Shown here: positions 38,204 through 52,500 of the stretch, piece by piece
Layout: each line of letters opens with the position of its first letter
Numbering within the stretch: the first letter of the stretch is position 1
DNA from: Rebecca billardiae RCC1528
Taxonomy: Eukaryota; Protista; Haptophyta
Assembly (NCBI GenBank): GCA_965240325.2
Contig: OZ251225.1
Location: 3,534,001 to 3,598,000 of the forward strand
Reading direction: 5' to 3'
DNA: 64,000 nt
The notes under the pieces: model-generated
Told to the model about the DNA's origin: nothing
Seen by the model: the letters and a program-made list of their open reading frames with translations, nothing else
Databases searched by the model: none
Made by a program: the position numbers and the translations under genes

Positions 38204-40382
38204 AGACCCCTTCAGGGAAATCGTGCTCGGCTGGGGTCGCGGCTGCGCTGGCGGCTGAGGTCGGACCTCAGCCGAGCCGAGGCCGGCTGAGGTCGATCTC
38301 CACATACGGGGAAAGCGCGAGATAGTAGGCGCCGCGCGCGCCGAGGCGCCTTGCGCCTCCTCGCACGTCGCACCGACGCGTGGCACGCGACTCACGCGGC
38401 TGCGCATCGGCGCTGAGGTACAAGGGTCCATCCGCGCCGATCGCGCGCGTGCGCACGCCCTTCCTCGCCGCTGCGGCAGGCGCACGCGCTTCGCGAGCCG
38501 CCATGCGTGCGCTGGGAGGCAAAAGCGCACGCGCGCGGCGAGGCACGTTGAACGCCCCAGACGCAGCGATGCGTCGTATGGCGTAGCACATGTCACACGC
38601 GTGCTCTCAGCTTCGCGTGGCGCCGCGCGTGTGCACGGTCTCGGCGGTGCGCGTCGCGCGCTTTGCGCAGCCGCCAGCACACAGCCAGCTGACCCACTTG
38701 CGCCCGGCGTCGTCGAGTGGGCTGTGCACTGCGCGCACGAGGCGTGGCGCTGCGTGCCTGGCTCGTGGATGGCATGATGCCCGCGCTCTGCGCCCCGCCT
38801 GGCGCTTGGCCAGCGATGTGTACCTCCGCGGCCAAGCTGTTCCGCGGCGTGGCAGGCGGTGCGATCGCAGGGCGCGGCCGGTTCCAGCCGCCGGCTCGCC
38901 GGCCATGCGCACCGGGACATGCGGTGCCATGTCGGCCTCGCGAGCGCGCGCGGGTGTCACGTAGTGATGCAACTGCCCCTCGGCGGCCGCAGGGCGGTCG
39001 CGGCCGCAGCCTGGCGCCCTGGGATCGCGCATGGCGGTCAGCTCATGCATCAGGCAGGCGAGCACGACAGCAGCCAGGCGCACTGTGAATCGGCCGCGGC
39101 CGTCTGCTGGTTCTAGCTCGCCTCTCGGACGAGTGACCGAGACTCGTCAGCCCACGCCATTTGGTTGTCGGTAGCAAACGGGTGGACTTCCGCTGGCGCT
39201 GCTGATGATCAATAGGCTGTCGCAGCAACATATCGTCGCCTGTTGCTAGCTGGCATCTCTCATCTGCTCAGCGAGCTCTGTGGACTGGGCCGTGCATGCC
39301 GGCATGCGACACAGTCACAGCCACAGGCATGCTGCATGGTTTTGGCAGCCATCGAGTCACAATGCGACGAATCCTGCCGCCAGACTTGACATGTGCGCTA
39401 CCTGCCCGGCAAATGGCAACGCCCCCATCTCAGAGACATGCCAAGTTGTTCTCGAGTTGCGCTGCACCTGATGACAATACCCGACCTGTGCACTTCGGCT
39501 GCTGTGCTGAGCAACACCGTAGGCCGCAACCAGCTTGTCAATCAGATCAGCAGCGGGGGACGAGATGAGCCAGGCTGCGGCCGCGACCGCCCTGCGGCCG
39601 CCGAGGGGCAGTTACATCACTACGTGACACCCGCGCGCGCTCGCGAGGCCGACATGGCACCGCATGTCCCGGTGCGCATGGCCGGCGAGCCGGCGGCTGG
39701 AACCGGCCGCGCCCTGCGATCGCACCGCCTGCCACGCCGCGGAACAGCTTGGCCGCGGAGGTACACATCGCTGGCCAAGCGCCAGGCGGGGCGCAGAGCG
39801 CGGGCATCATGCCATCCACGAGCCAGGCACGCAGCGCCACGCCTCGTGCGCGCAGTGCACAGCCCACTCGACGACGCCGGGCGCAAGTGGGTCAGCTGGC
39901 TGTGTGCTGGCGGCTGCGCAAAGCGCGCGACGCGCACCGCCGAGACCGTGCACACGCGCGGCGCCACGCGAAGCTGAGAGCACGCGTGTGACACGTGCTA
40001 CGCCATACGACGCATCGCTGCGTCTGGGGCGTTCAACGTGCCTCGCCGCGCGCGTGCGCTTTTGCCTCCCAGCGCACGCATGGCGGCTCGCGAAGCGCGT
40101 GCGCCTGCCGCAGCGGCGAGGAAGGGCGTGCGCACGCGCGCGATCGGCGCGGATGGACCCTTGTACCTCAGCGCCGATGCGCAGCCGCGTGAGTCGCGTG
40201 CCACGCGTCGGTGCGACGTGCGAGGAGGCGCAAGGCGCCTCGGCGCGCGCGGCGCCTACTATCTCGCGCTTTCCCCGTATGTGGAGATCGACCTCAGCCG
40301 GCCTCGGCTCGGCTGAGGTCCGACCTCTCAGCCGCCAGCGCAGCCGCGACCCCAGCCGAGCACGATTTCCCTGAAGGGGTCT
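38204..40382. mobile_element. Foldback element 'D' with ~810-bp inverted arms, non-coding
   Basis: Arms 38204-39015 and 39569-40382 are nearly identical; ends AGACCCCTTCAGGG/CCCTGAAGGGGTCT. Flanked by CTACCGG at 38197-38203 and 40383-40389 (or 5-bp TACCG if the ends are GAG/CTC). Confidence 0.92.
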
Positions 40383-40557
40383 CTACCGGCACCAGATCTC
40401 GCGTCATGAGATCATAGTAGTGTCTAAAGATTACTACTGCAACCACAACTTCTTGGTTAGTCAATCAGCTTATCCGGTAAGCCGACTGCGCTCTTGATCT
40501 CGCGCCGCACGCACCTCGCCTTCCACGCTGGCACACTCAACCAACCTCGTGGCACGC

Positions 40558-43500
40558 ATGATGCTCGCGGTGGCGCTGGCCGCGCTCGGGCTCAGCGGCG
40601 CGGCGCTCAACGCCCCGGACACCACGGACGTCGTCACCTTCGACCGCGAGGCCGCTGCCGACGCACCGCTGCTCGCACTACGACAACATCGACGCATGGC
40701 CGACGCGGGCGTGGTCTTGCGCGTTCCCGTGCCGCCCGCGCCGCCGCCTGCGGCGCCCGCGCCGCCCGAGCTGCCTGCGTCGCCGTCGCCCCCGAGCCCG
40801 TCTCCGCGCCCGCGGGCGCTGGCAGCGGCGGCGGCGGCGTGCGACGCGTCACGCGGGCCGCTGTCGTGCGCCGCGCCCCCGAGCGGCAGTACGATGGGCG
40901 CGCCGAGCCTTGTGGGCAACCCGTCGGGCGAGCACGTGTATGCGCTCGAAGGCGGCACATCAGGCTGGGACGCGACGCTCGACTTATGCGGCTCAGTGTT
41001 CGACACGTACCTGCGCGTGTACGACGGCTGCCCTGACGGTGCAGGCGCGACGGAGGTCGCTGCAAACGACGACGGCGGCTGCGGCTTCACCTCATTGCTC
41101 ACCGTCGCCGTGCCCGCGGGCGCGACGTACTACGCGGTCGTCGAGGGGTTCGGGTCGAGCGAGGGCCCGTATCTGCTCACTTTGACTGGCTGCCCGCCGC
41201 CGCCACCGCCGTCGTCGCCGCCACTGCCGCCGCCGCCGCCGCCGCCGCCGCCCCTGCCGCCGCCGTCCCCGCCCCCGCCGCCGCCAACGCTGCCCGCGCC
41301 GCCCCCGCTGCCGCGGTGCGGCGACGTCTCGCTGGCTCCCGAGGACCCGCGCACGTTCTACGACCTTCTGCCCGGCTCGGCGTGCACGCGCCAGCCGTCG
41401 GACGACCGCTTCGAGTGGCTGCGGCTCGGTAGCACGGGCACGCCGGGCGAGCTGCTCGTCGAGTGGTCGTTTGTCGCCTCGAGCAGCGGCTCGCACACGG
41501 CGGACCACGGCATCAGCCTCAAGCTGCTCGTCGCGTACGGCGATGGGTCATTCGGCACGGCGCACGCGGCAGTGTACGCGCCGGCCGAGCTCGTGCTCGA
41601 CGGCAGCAACGCGGGCGCACACACGCTCACGATCCCACCCGGCGTGTGCTCTGGCGACGCTGTCGTGCGCGTGTCGCTCGAGGACAGATGGTGGCCGTCG
41701 CACGAGCTCGAGGGCGAGTGCGGCACCAGCGCGGAGGGCTCGCACTACGACAACCTCGAGGGCGCGTTTGCGATCGTCCCGCTCACGCCCACGCCCCCGC
41801 CGAGCCCGCCCACGCCGCCCACGCCGCCGCCTGCGCCGCCGAGCGCGCCGCCGCCACCCGCACCGCCGCCGGCGCCGTGCGACGCGTCACGCGGGCCGCT
41901 GTTGTGCGCAGCGCCCGCGATCGGCAACACGATCGGCGCGCCGAGCCTCGTGGGCAACCCGTCGGGCGAGCACGTGTACGCCGTCTGGGGCGGGTCGTCC
42001 GGCCTGAACGCGACGCTGGACACATGCGGCTCGTCCTTCGACACGTACCTGCGCGTGTACGACGGCTGCCCTGACGGTGCGGCGGCGACGCAGGTAGCGA
42101 CGAACGACGACGGCGGCGGCTGCGGCACCGCCTCGTTGCTCAGCGTCGCCGTGCCCGCTGGCGCGACGTACTACGCGCTCGTCGAGGGGTACTTGTCGAA
42201 CGAGGGATCGTATGTGCTCACTACGAGTGGCTGCCCGGAGCCGCCGCCATCGTCGCCGCCGGCGCCGCCAGCACCGCCCCTGCCGCCACCGTCGCTGCGG
42301 TGCGGCGACGTCTCGCTGGTGCCCGAGGACCCGCGCACGTTCAACGACCTGCTGCCCGGCTCGGCGTGCACGCGCCAGCCGTCGGACGACCGCTTCGAGT
42401 GGCTGCGGCTCGGCAGCACGGGCACTGTGGGCGAGCTGCTCGTCGAGTGGTCGTTTGTCGCCTCGAGCAGCGGCTCGCACACGGCGGACCACGGCATCAG
42501 CCTCAAGCTGCTCGTCGCGTACGGCGATGGGTCATTCGGCACGGCGCACGCGGCAGTGTACGCGCCGGCCGAGCTCGTGCTCGACGGCAGCAACGCGGGC
42601 GCACACACGCTCACGATCCCACCCGGCGTGTGCTCTGGCGACGCGGTCGTGCGCGTGTCGCTCGAGGACAGATGGTGGCCGTCGCACGAGCTCGAGGGCG
42701 AGTGCGGCACCAGCGCGGAGGGCTCACACTACGACAACCTGGAGGGCACGTTTGCGATCGTCCCGCTCACGCCCGCGCCACCACCAAGCCCGCCCACGCC
42801 GCCCACGCCGCCGCCTGCGCCGCCGAGCGCGCCGCCGCCGCCCGCACCGCCGCCGGCGCCGTGCGACGCGTCACGCGGGCCGCTGTTGTGCGCAGCGCCC
42901 GCGATCGGCAACACGATCGGCGCGCCGAGCCTCGTGGGCAACCCGTCGGGCGAGCACGTGTACGCCGTCTGGGGCGGGTCGTCCGGCCTGAACGCGACGC
43001 TGGACACATGCGGCTCGTCCTTCGACACGTACCTGCGCGTGTACGACGGCTGCCCTGACGGTGCGGCGGCGACGCAGGTAGCGACGAACGACGACGGCGG
43101 CGGCTGCGGCACCGCCTCGTTGCTCAGCGTCGCCGTGCCCGCTGGCGCGACGTACTACGCGCTCGTCGAGGGGTACTTGTCGAACGAGGGATCGTATGTG
43201 CTCACTACGAGTGGCTGCCCGGAGCCGCCGCCATCGTCGCCGCCGGCGCCGCCAGCACCGCCCCTGCCGCCACCGTCGCTGCGGTGCGGCGACGTCTCGC
43301 TGGTGCCGGAGGACCCGCGCACGTTCTACGACCTGCTGCCCGGCTCGGCGTGTACGCGCCAGCCGTCGGACGACCGCTTCGAGTGGCTGCGGCTCGGTAG
43401 CACGGGCGCTGTGGGCGAGCTGCTCGTCGAGTGGTCGTTTGTCGCCTCGAGCAGCGGCTCGCACACGGCGGACCACGGCATCAGCCTCAAGCTGCTCGTC

Positions 43501-46500
43501 GCGTACGGCGATGGGTCATTCGGCACGGCGCATGCGGCAGTGTACGCGCCGGCCGAGCTCGTGCTCGACGGCAGCAACGCGGGCGCGCACACGCTCACGA
43601 TCCCACCCGGCGTGTGCTCTGGCGACGCGGTCGTGCGCGTGTCGCTCGAGGACAGATGGGGGCCGTCGCACGAGCTAGAGGGCGAGTGCGGCACCAGCGC
43701 GGAGGGCTCACACTACGACAACCTCGAGGGCACGTTTGCGATCGTCCCGCTCACGCCCGCGCCACCGCCAAGCCCGCCCACGCCGCCCACGTCGCCGCCT
43801 GCGCCGCCTGCGCCGCCAGCGCCGGCGTGTGCCGAGGCGCGTGGGCCGCTGTCGTGCGCCGCGCCGGCGAGCGGCAGCACGGTCGGCGCGCCGGACCTCG
43901 CTGGCAACCCATCGGGCGAGCACGTGTACACCCTCGAGGGCGGGTCGTCTGGCTGGAACGTGACGCTCGACACATGCGGCTCGTCGTTCGACACGTACCT
44001 GCGAGTGTACGACGGCTGCCCAGACGGTGCGGGCGCGACGGAAGTCGCGCAAAACGACGACGGCGGCGGCTGCGGCACCACCTCGTTGCTCAGCGTCGTC
44101 GTGCCCGCCGGCGTGACGTACTACGTTCTCGTCGAGGGCTACTTGTCTAACGAGGGCTCGTATGTGCTGACGCTTGCTGGCTGCCCGAGCGGGCCCGCCC
44201 CACCGCCGCCGCCGCCACCGCCGGACGCGCCGCCAGCACCGCCGTCGCTGCCGCCGCCGCCGCCGAGCCCACCGCCGCGCCAGCCCCCGCCGCCGTCACC
44301 GCCGGCGTGCGACGCGTCGCTCGGGCTGTTGTCGTGCGCCGCGCCCGTGAGCGGCAGCACGATTGGCGCGCCGAGCCTCGTGGGCAGCGCGTCGGGCGAG
44401 CACGTGTACGCCCTCAAGGCCGGATCATCGGACTGGTACGCGACGCTCGACACGTGCGGCTCGTCATTTGACACGTACCTGCGCGTGTACTACGGCTGCC
44501 CTTACGGTTCGTCGTCGGTGATCGCTGCGAACGACGACTACGGCGACTGCGGCTCCGCCTCGTCGCTCAGCTTCTGGGCGCTCGCCGGCGCGACGTACTA
44601 CGTGGTCGTCGAGGGGGTCGAGTCGAACGAGGGCTCGTATGTGCTGACGCTCGAGGGCTGTCCAAGCCCGCCCGCGTCGCCGCCGCTGCCGCCGCCTTCC
44701 GCGCCGCCTGCGCCGCCCCCGCCGCCGCGGTGTGGCGACGTCTCGCTGGTGCCAGAGGACCCGCGCACGTTCTACGACCTTCTGCCCGGCTCGGCGTGCA
44801 CGCGCCAGCCGTCGGACGACCGCTTCGAGTGGCTGCGGCTCGGTAGCACGGGCACGCCGGGCGAGCTCCTCGTCGAGTGGTCGTTTGTCGCCTCGAGCAG
44901 CGGCTTCAACACGTATGTGCATGGCATCAGCCTCAAGCTGCTCGTCGCGTACGGCGATGAGCCGTTCGGAACGGCGCACGCGGCAGTGTACGAGTGGGCC
45001 GAGCTCGTGCTCGACGGCAGCAACGCGGGCGCGCACACGCTCGTACTCCCACCCGGCGTGTGCGCTGGCAGCGCAGTCGTGCGCGTGTCGCTTGAGGACC
45101 GCTCCGGGCCGTCGCACGAGCTCGAGGGCGAGTGCGGCACCAGCGCGGAGGGCTCGCACTACGACAACCTCGAGGGCACGTTTGAGATCGTCAGGGTCAC
45201 GCCCACGCCACCGCCGAGCCCGCCCGCGCCGCCCCCGCCGCCGCGGTGCGGCGACGTCTCGCTGGCGCCAGAGGACCCTCGCACGTTCTACGACCTGCTG
45301 CCCAACTCGGCGTGCATGCGCCAGCCGTCGGACGACCGCTTTGAGTGGCTGCGGCTCGGCAGCACGGGCACGCCGGGCGAGCTGCTCGTCGAGTGGTCGT
45401 TTGTCGCCTCGAGCAGCGGCTCGAACACGGCGGATCACGGCATCAGCTTCAAGCTGCTCGTCGCGTACGGCAACGGGTCGTTCAGCACGGCGCACGCGGC
45501 AGTGTACGCGCCGGCCGAGCTCGTGCTCGACGGCAGCAGCGCGGGCGCACACACGCTCACGATCCCACCCGGCGTGTGCTCTGGCGACGCAGTCGTGCGC
45601 GTGTCGCTTGAGGACCGCTCCGGGCCGTCGCACGAGCTCGAGGGCGAGTGCGGCACCGACGCCGACGACTTGCACTACGACAACCTGGAGGGCGCGTTTG
45701 CGATCGTCCAGCTCACGCCAGCGCCCCCGCCGAGCCCGCCCGCGCCGCCCCCGCCGCCGCCTATGCCGCCGAGCGCGCCGCCGCCGCCCGCACCGCCACC
45801 AGTGCCGCCCAGCGCACCGCCGCCACCCGCACCGCCACCGCCGGCGTGCCACGCGTTGCGCGGGCCACTGTCGTGTGCAGCGCCGGCGAGCGGCAGCACG
45901 ATCGGCGCGCCAAGCCTCGTGGGCTACCCGACGGGCGAGCACGTGTACGCCCTCAAGGCCGGTTCATCGGACTGGTACGCGACGCTCGACACGTGCGGCT
46001 CGTCGTTTGACACGACGCTTAGCGTGTACGACGGCTGCCCTGACGATGAGGGCTCTGCGGTGGTCGCGTGGAACGACGACAGCGGCGGCTTCTGCGGCAC
46101 CGCCTCTTTGCTCCACGTCGCCGTGCCTGCGGGCGCGACGTACTACGCGCTCGTCGAGGGGTTAGATTCGGAGGGCTCCTATGTGCTGACGCTGGCGGGC
46201 TGCCCGAGCGGGCCCTTCCCGCCGCCGCCGCCGCCACCGCCGCACGCGCCGCCCGCGCCGCCCGCACCGCCGCACGCGCCGCCGAGCCCGCCGCCGCCGC
46301 CAGCACCGCCGCCAGTGCCGTGTGACGCGTCACGCGGGCCGCTGTCGTGCGCCGCGCCGGCGAGCGGCAGCACGGTCGGCGCCCCGAGCCTCGTGGGCTA
46401 CCCGACGGGCGAGCACGTGTATGCCCTCGAGGGCGGATCGTCTGGCTGGGACGTGACGCTCGACACATGCGGCTCGTCGTTCGACACGTACCTGCGCGTG

Positions 46501-49500
46501 TACGACGGCTGCCCTTATGGTGCGGGCGCGACAGAGGTCGCGGCGAACGACGACGGCGACGGCTGCGGCTCCACCTCGTCGCTCAGCATCGCCGTGCCCG
46601 CGGGCGCGACGTACTACGCGCTCGTCGAGGGGTTCTTGTGGACCGAGGGCTCGTATGTGCTCACTGCTACTGGCTGCCCGAGCGGGCCCGCGCCGTCACC
46701 GCCCACGCCACCGCCGCCCGCGCCGCCAGCGCTGCCATCGTGGCCGCCGCCGCCGCCGCCGAGCCCGCCGCCGCGCCCGCCCCCGCCGCCGTCACCGCCG
46801 GCGTGCGACGCGTCGCTCGGGCTGTTGTCGTGCGCCGCGCCCGTGAGCGGCAGCACGATCGGCGCGCCGAGCCTCGTGGGCAACCCGTCTGGCGAGCACG
46901 TGTACACCCTCGAGGGCGGGTCGTCGGACTGGGACGCGACGCTCGACACGTGCGGCCCGTCATTTGACACGTACCTGCAAGTGTACGACGGCTGCCCTTA
47001 CGGTTCGTCGTTGGTGATCGCTGCGAACTACGACGGCTGCGGCTCCGGCTCGGGGCTCGGCTCGCGGCTCAGCTTCCGCGCGCTCGCCGGCGTGACGTAC
47101 TACGTGCTCGTCGAGGGGTTCGAGTCGAACGAGGGCTCGTATGTGCTGACGCTTGCGGGCTGCCCGAGCGGGCCCGCGCCGTCACCGCCCACGCCACCGC
47201 CGCCCGCACCGCCCGCGCTGCCATCGTGGCCGCCGAGCCCACCGCCGCGCCCGCCGCCGCCGCTGCCACCGCTGGCGTGCGCCGCGTCGCGCGGGCCGCT
47301 GTCGTGCGCAGCGACAGTGTTGGGCAGCACGATCGGAGCGCCGAGCCTCGTGGGCTACCCGTCGGGCGAGCACGTGTACGCTCTCGAGGGTGGGCCGTCT
47401 GGCTGGGACGCGACGATCGACACGTGCCCCTCGTCCTTCGACACGTACCTGCGCGTGTACGATGGCTGCCCTTACAGTGCGGGCGCGACAGAGGTCGCTG
47501 CGAACGACGACGGTAGCGACTGCGGCACCGCCTCGTCGCTCTTCGTCGCCGTGCCTGCTGGCGCGACGTACTACGTGCTCGTCGAGGGGTACTTGTCGAA
47601 CGAGGGCGAGTACGTGCTTGGCGCGACTGGCTGCCCTCCGCCGCAGCCACCGTCGTCGCCGCCGCCGCCGCCAGCGCCGCCCGTGCCACCGCCGTCGCTG
47701 CGGTGCGGCGACGTCTCGCTGGTGCCCGAGGACCCGCGCACGTTCTACGACCTGCTGCCCGGCTCGGCGTGCACGCGCCAGCCGTCGGACGACCGCTTCG
47801 AGTGGCTGCGGCTCGGCAGCACGGGCACGCCGGGCGAGCTGCTCGTCGAGTGGTCGTTTGTCGCCTCAAGCAGCGGCTTCAACACTGCGACGCGCGGCAT
47901 CAGCTTCAAGCTGCTCGTCGCGTACGGCGACGGGCCGTTCGGCACGGCGCACGCGAAAGTGTACGAGCCAGCCGAGCTCGTGCTCGACGGCAGCAACGCG
48001 GGTGCGCACACGCTCACGATCCCACCCGGCGTGTGCTCTGGCGACGCGGTCGTGCGCGTGTCGCTCGAGGACAGATGGGGGCCGTCGCACGAGCTCGAGG
48101 GCGAGTGCGGCACCAACGCCGAGGGCTCGCACTACGACAACCTCGAGGGCACGTTTGAGATCGCCCGGGTCACGCCCGCGCCGCCGCCGAGCCCGCCCAC
48201 GCCGCCCACGCCGCCGCCTGCGCCGCCGAGCGCGCCGCCGCCGCCAGCACCGCCGCCAGTGCAGTGCGACGCGTCACGCGGGCCGCTGTCGTGCGCCGCG
48301 CCGGCGAGCGGCAGCACGGTCGGAGCGCCGAGCCTCGTGGGCAGCACGTCCGGCGAGCACGTGTACGCCCTCGAGGGCGGGTCGTCTGGCTGGGACGCGA
48401 CGCTCCACACGTGCGGCTCGTCCTTCGACACGTACCTGCGCGTGTACGATGGCTGCCCTGACGGTGCGGCGGCGACGCAGGTCGCGACGAACGACGACGG
48501 CGGCGGGTGCGGCTCCACCTCGTCGCTCAGCATCGCCGTGCCCGCGGGCGCGACGTACTACGTTCTCGTCGAGGGGTTCTTGTCAAACGAGGGCTCGTAT
48601 GTGCTGACGCTCGTTGGCTGCCTGAGCCCGCCCGCGCCGCCGCCGCCCACGCCACCGCCTTTCGCGCCGCCCGCACTACCGCCGCAGCCGCCGCCGCCGC
48701 CGAGCCCGTCGCCGGGCCCGCCGCCTTCTCCGCTGCCACCGCCGGCGTGCGCCGCGTCGCGCGGACTGCTGTCGTGCGCAGCGCCCGTGAGCGGCGACAC
48801 TTGGGGCGAGCAGAGCCTCCTGGGCAACCCATCGGGCGAGCACGTGTACGCCCTCGAGGGCGGGCCATCGGACTGGTACGCGACGCTCGACACGTGCGGC
48901 TCGTCGTTTAACACCTTCCTGATCGTGTACGACCGTTGCCCTTACGATGAGGGGGCGTATCAGGTTGCGAACGACCTGACCTGTGCGCTGGGCGTCACCG
49001 TGCCCGCCGGCGTGACGTACTACGTGCTCGTCGAGGGGTTCGGGTATAACCAGGGCGTGTACGTGCTCTCTGTGACTGGCTGCCCGCCACCGCTGCCGCC
49101 GTCACCGCCCGCGCCTCCATCCAGCCCTCTTGCGCCGCCGCCGCGCCCCCCGCCGCGCTCTCCGCCGCCCGCGCCGCCCGCGCCGCCCGCGCCGCCGCCC
49201 GAGCCGCCAAGCGCGCCGCCGCCGCCTGCACCGCCACCGCCTTCATGCGCCGTGTCGCGCGGGCCGCTGCCGTGCGCCGCCGACACAAGCGGCAGCACGA
49301 TCGGCGCGCCGAGCCTCGTGGGCTACCCGTCTGGCGAGCACGTGTACGCCCTCGCGGGCGGCATATCGGGCCTGAGCGCGACGCTTGGCACGTGCGGCTC
49401 GTTCATATACACGTACCTGCGCGTGTACGACGGCTGCCCTGACGGTGAGGGCGCGACTGAGGTCGCTGCGACGTACACCGGCGGCTTGTGTTTCGCGGAC

Positions 49501-52500
49501 GCGTATCTCAGTGTCGCCGTGCCCACCGGCGCGACGTACTACGTGCTCATCGAGGGGGTCGGTTCGTCTGAGGGGCAGTATGTGCTGACGATCGTCGGGG
49601 GCTGCCCGTCGCCGCCGCCAGCGCTGCCGCCAGCGCCGCCCGTGCCGCCACCGCTGCCGCCGTCGCCGCCAGCGCCGCCAGCGCCTCCGTCGCTGCCGCC
49701 GCTGCCGCCACCGTCGAGCCCGTCACCGCGCTCACCGCCGCTGCCGCCGCCAGACTTGTCGCCGCGCCCGCCGCCGCCGCCGCTGCCGCCACCGGCGTGC
49801 GCCGAGGCGCGCGGGCTGCTGTCGTGCTCCGCGCCCGTGAGTGGCAGCACGATCGGCGCGCCAAGTCTCGTGGGCAGCGCGTCGGGCGAGCACGTGTACG
49901 CCCTCAAGGGAGGGCTGTTGGGCTGGGACGCGACGCTGGACACATGCGGCTCGTCGTTCGACACGTACCTGCGCGTGTACGACGGCTGCCCTGACGGTGC
50001 GGGCGCGATGGAGGTCGCTGAGAACGACGACGGCGGCGGCTGCGGCACCACCTCGGCGCTCAGCGTCGCCGTGCCTGCCGGCGCGACGTACTACGCGCTT
50101 GTCGAGGGGTACTTGTCGGACGAGGGCCAGTACGTGCTTGGCGTGACTGGCTGCCCGAGCCCGCCCGCGCCGCCGCCTGGCCCGCCGGCACCGCCGCCGC
50201 TGCAGCCGCCGCCACCGCCGCCGCCGCTGCCGCCACCGCCGCCGCGGTGCGGCGACGTCTCGCTGGTGCCAGAGGACCCGCGCACGTTCTACGACCTGCT
50301 GCCCAGCTCGGCGTGCACGCGCCAGCAGTCGGACGACCGTTTCGAGTGGCTGCGGCTCGGCAGCACGGGCACGCCGGGCGAGCTGCTGGTCGAGTGGTCG
50401 TTTGTCGCCTCGAGCAGCGGCTTGTACACGGTGGTGCACGGCATCAGCCTCGAGCTGCTCGTCGCGTATGGCAACGGGCCGATGCGGTTCAGCGTGGCGC
50501 ACGCGGTAGTGTACGAGCCGGCCGAACTCGCAATCGACGGCAGCAACTCAGGCGCGCACACGCTCGCGATCCCACTCGACGTGTGCTCTGGCGACGCATT
50601 CGTGCGCGTGTCGCTCAAGGACCGCTCTGGGCCGTCGGACGAGCTGGAAGGCGCGTGCGGCACCGATTCTGGCAACTCGCACTACGACAACCTCGAGGGC
50701 GCCTTTGCGATCGTTCCGCTCACGCCCCCGCCAGCGCTGCCGCCGCGCACGCCACCGCCGGCCGCGCCGCCCGCGCCGCCATCGCGGCCGCCGCCACCGC
50801 CCAGCCCGCCCACGCCTCCCGTGCCACCGCCCAGCCCGCCCGCGCCGCCCGCACCACCAGTGCCGGCGTGCGCAGCGTCACGCGGGCTGCTGTCGTGCAC
50901 AGCGCCGGCAAGCGGCAGCACGCTCGGCGCGCCGAGCCTCGTGGGCAACCCGTCGGGCGAGCACGTTTACGCCCTCGAGGGCGGTACATCGGGCCTGAAC
51001 GCGACGCTCGACACGTGCGGCTCGTCGTTGGACACGTACCTGCGTGTGTACGACGGCTGCCCTGACGGTGAGGGCGCGACGGAGGTCGCGGAGAACGACG
51101 ACGGCGGCGACTGCAGCTGGGCCTCGTTGCTCAGCGTCGCAGTGCCCGCCGGAGCTACGTACTACGCGCTCGTCGAGGGCTACTTGTCGAAGGAGGGCTC
51201 GTACGTGCTGACGCTTGCGGGCTGCCCCAGCCGGCCTGCGCCATCGCCACCCGCGCCGCCGCCGGCCGCGCCGCCACCGCCGAGCCCACCGCCGTCGCGC
51301 CCGCCGGCGCCGCCGCTGCTACCACCTTCATCGCCGCCAAGCCCGCCGCCGAGCCTGCTGCCGCCGTCGCCGCAGCCCAGCCTGCCGCCGCCTCCCTTGC
51401 CGCCGCCGAGACCCCCACCGCCGCCACGCGCACAGCCGTTCGCCCCGCCTTCGCCGCCATCGCCCCCACCATCACCGCCGCCTCCGCCGCCATCGCTGCC
51501 GCCGCCTCCGCCACCGCCGCCATCGCCGCCGCCATCGCCGCCGCCGCCGCCGCCCCGTGCCGGCTGCACCAATCCAGCGGCGACCAACTATGACCCGCTG
51601 GCCATCGTGCTGGCCTCCGGGTCCTGTGAGTACGCGATCACCGGGTGCACCGATCCGACCGCCAAGAACTACCGCTCTGCTGCCAACGCTGACGACGGCT
51701 CGTGCGTGCAATTTGCCTATGGCTGCACTGTGCGCTCGGCCTTCAACTTCAACTCGTCTGCCAACACCAACGATGGCTCGTGCACATTCGTGACGCTGGG
51801 CTGCACCGACAGCAGCGCGCTCAACTTCAACGCGCTCGCCGACGTCGACAACGGCCAATGCCGCCTGCCTGTGCTCGGCTGCACAGCCAGTGTCGCGAGC
51901 AACTACGACGCCAGCGCGACGGTCGATGACGGCAGCTGCGCCTTCGCAGCGCGGGGCTGCACCGACCCTGCAGCCATCAACTACGCCCCCCTCGCCGTTA
52001 CCGACGACGGCAGCTGCATCGCTCAGGTGGAGGGCTGCACCGTGACAAGCGCGCTCAACTACGACTTGGCGGCAAACGTCGACGACGGCACGTGCGTGTA
52101 TGCAGTGCTCGGCTGCACGGACAGCATCTCGCCCAGCTACCGCCCCGCTGCCAACTCGGACGACGGCTCGTGCGAGTACGAGGGCTGCACAGACTCGAGC
52201 GCTTTCAACTACGACATGAGTGCTACCGTCAGCGACTTCTCGTGCACGCCCCATGTCGATGGCTGCGTGGACTCGACGGCCGTCAATTACGTCGCCGCGG
52301 CCACGCGCCAGCCAGGGTCAGTGCGCTGCGAGTTCGCCGGCTGCACCGACTCCGACGCCATCACCTACGATCCGAGCGCGACGCTGCGCGACGGAAGCTG
52401 CCAGTACACGCGCGCGGCCGGGCGCGCGATCGCCATCGGCTACGCGGCGGGCTGCCACGTGCGTGCGGACGGCGTGCTGCGCGACACGACGAGCGGCGCG

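Noticed and set aside
37763-40417. Mirror-image ORF pairs (e.g. 38590-38964 + and 39620-39994 -)
   Set aside because: They are products of the inverted arms of element D, not genes.
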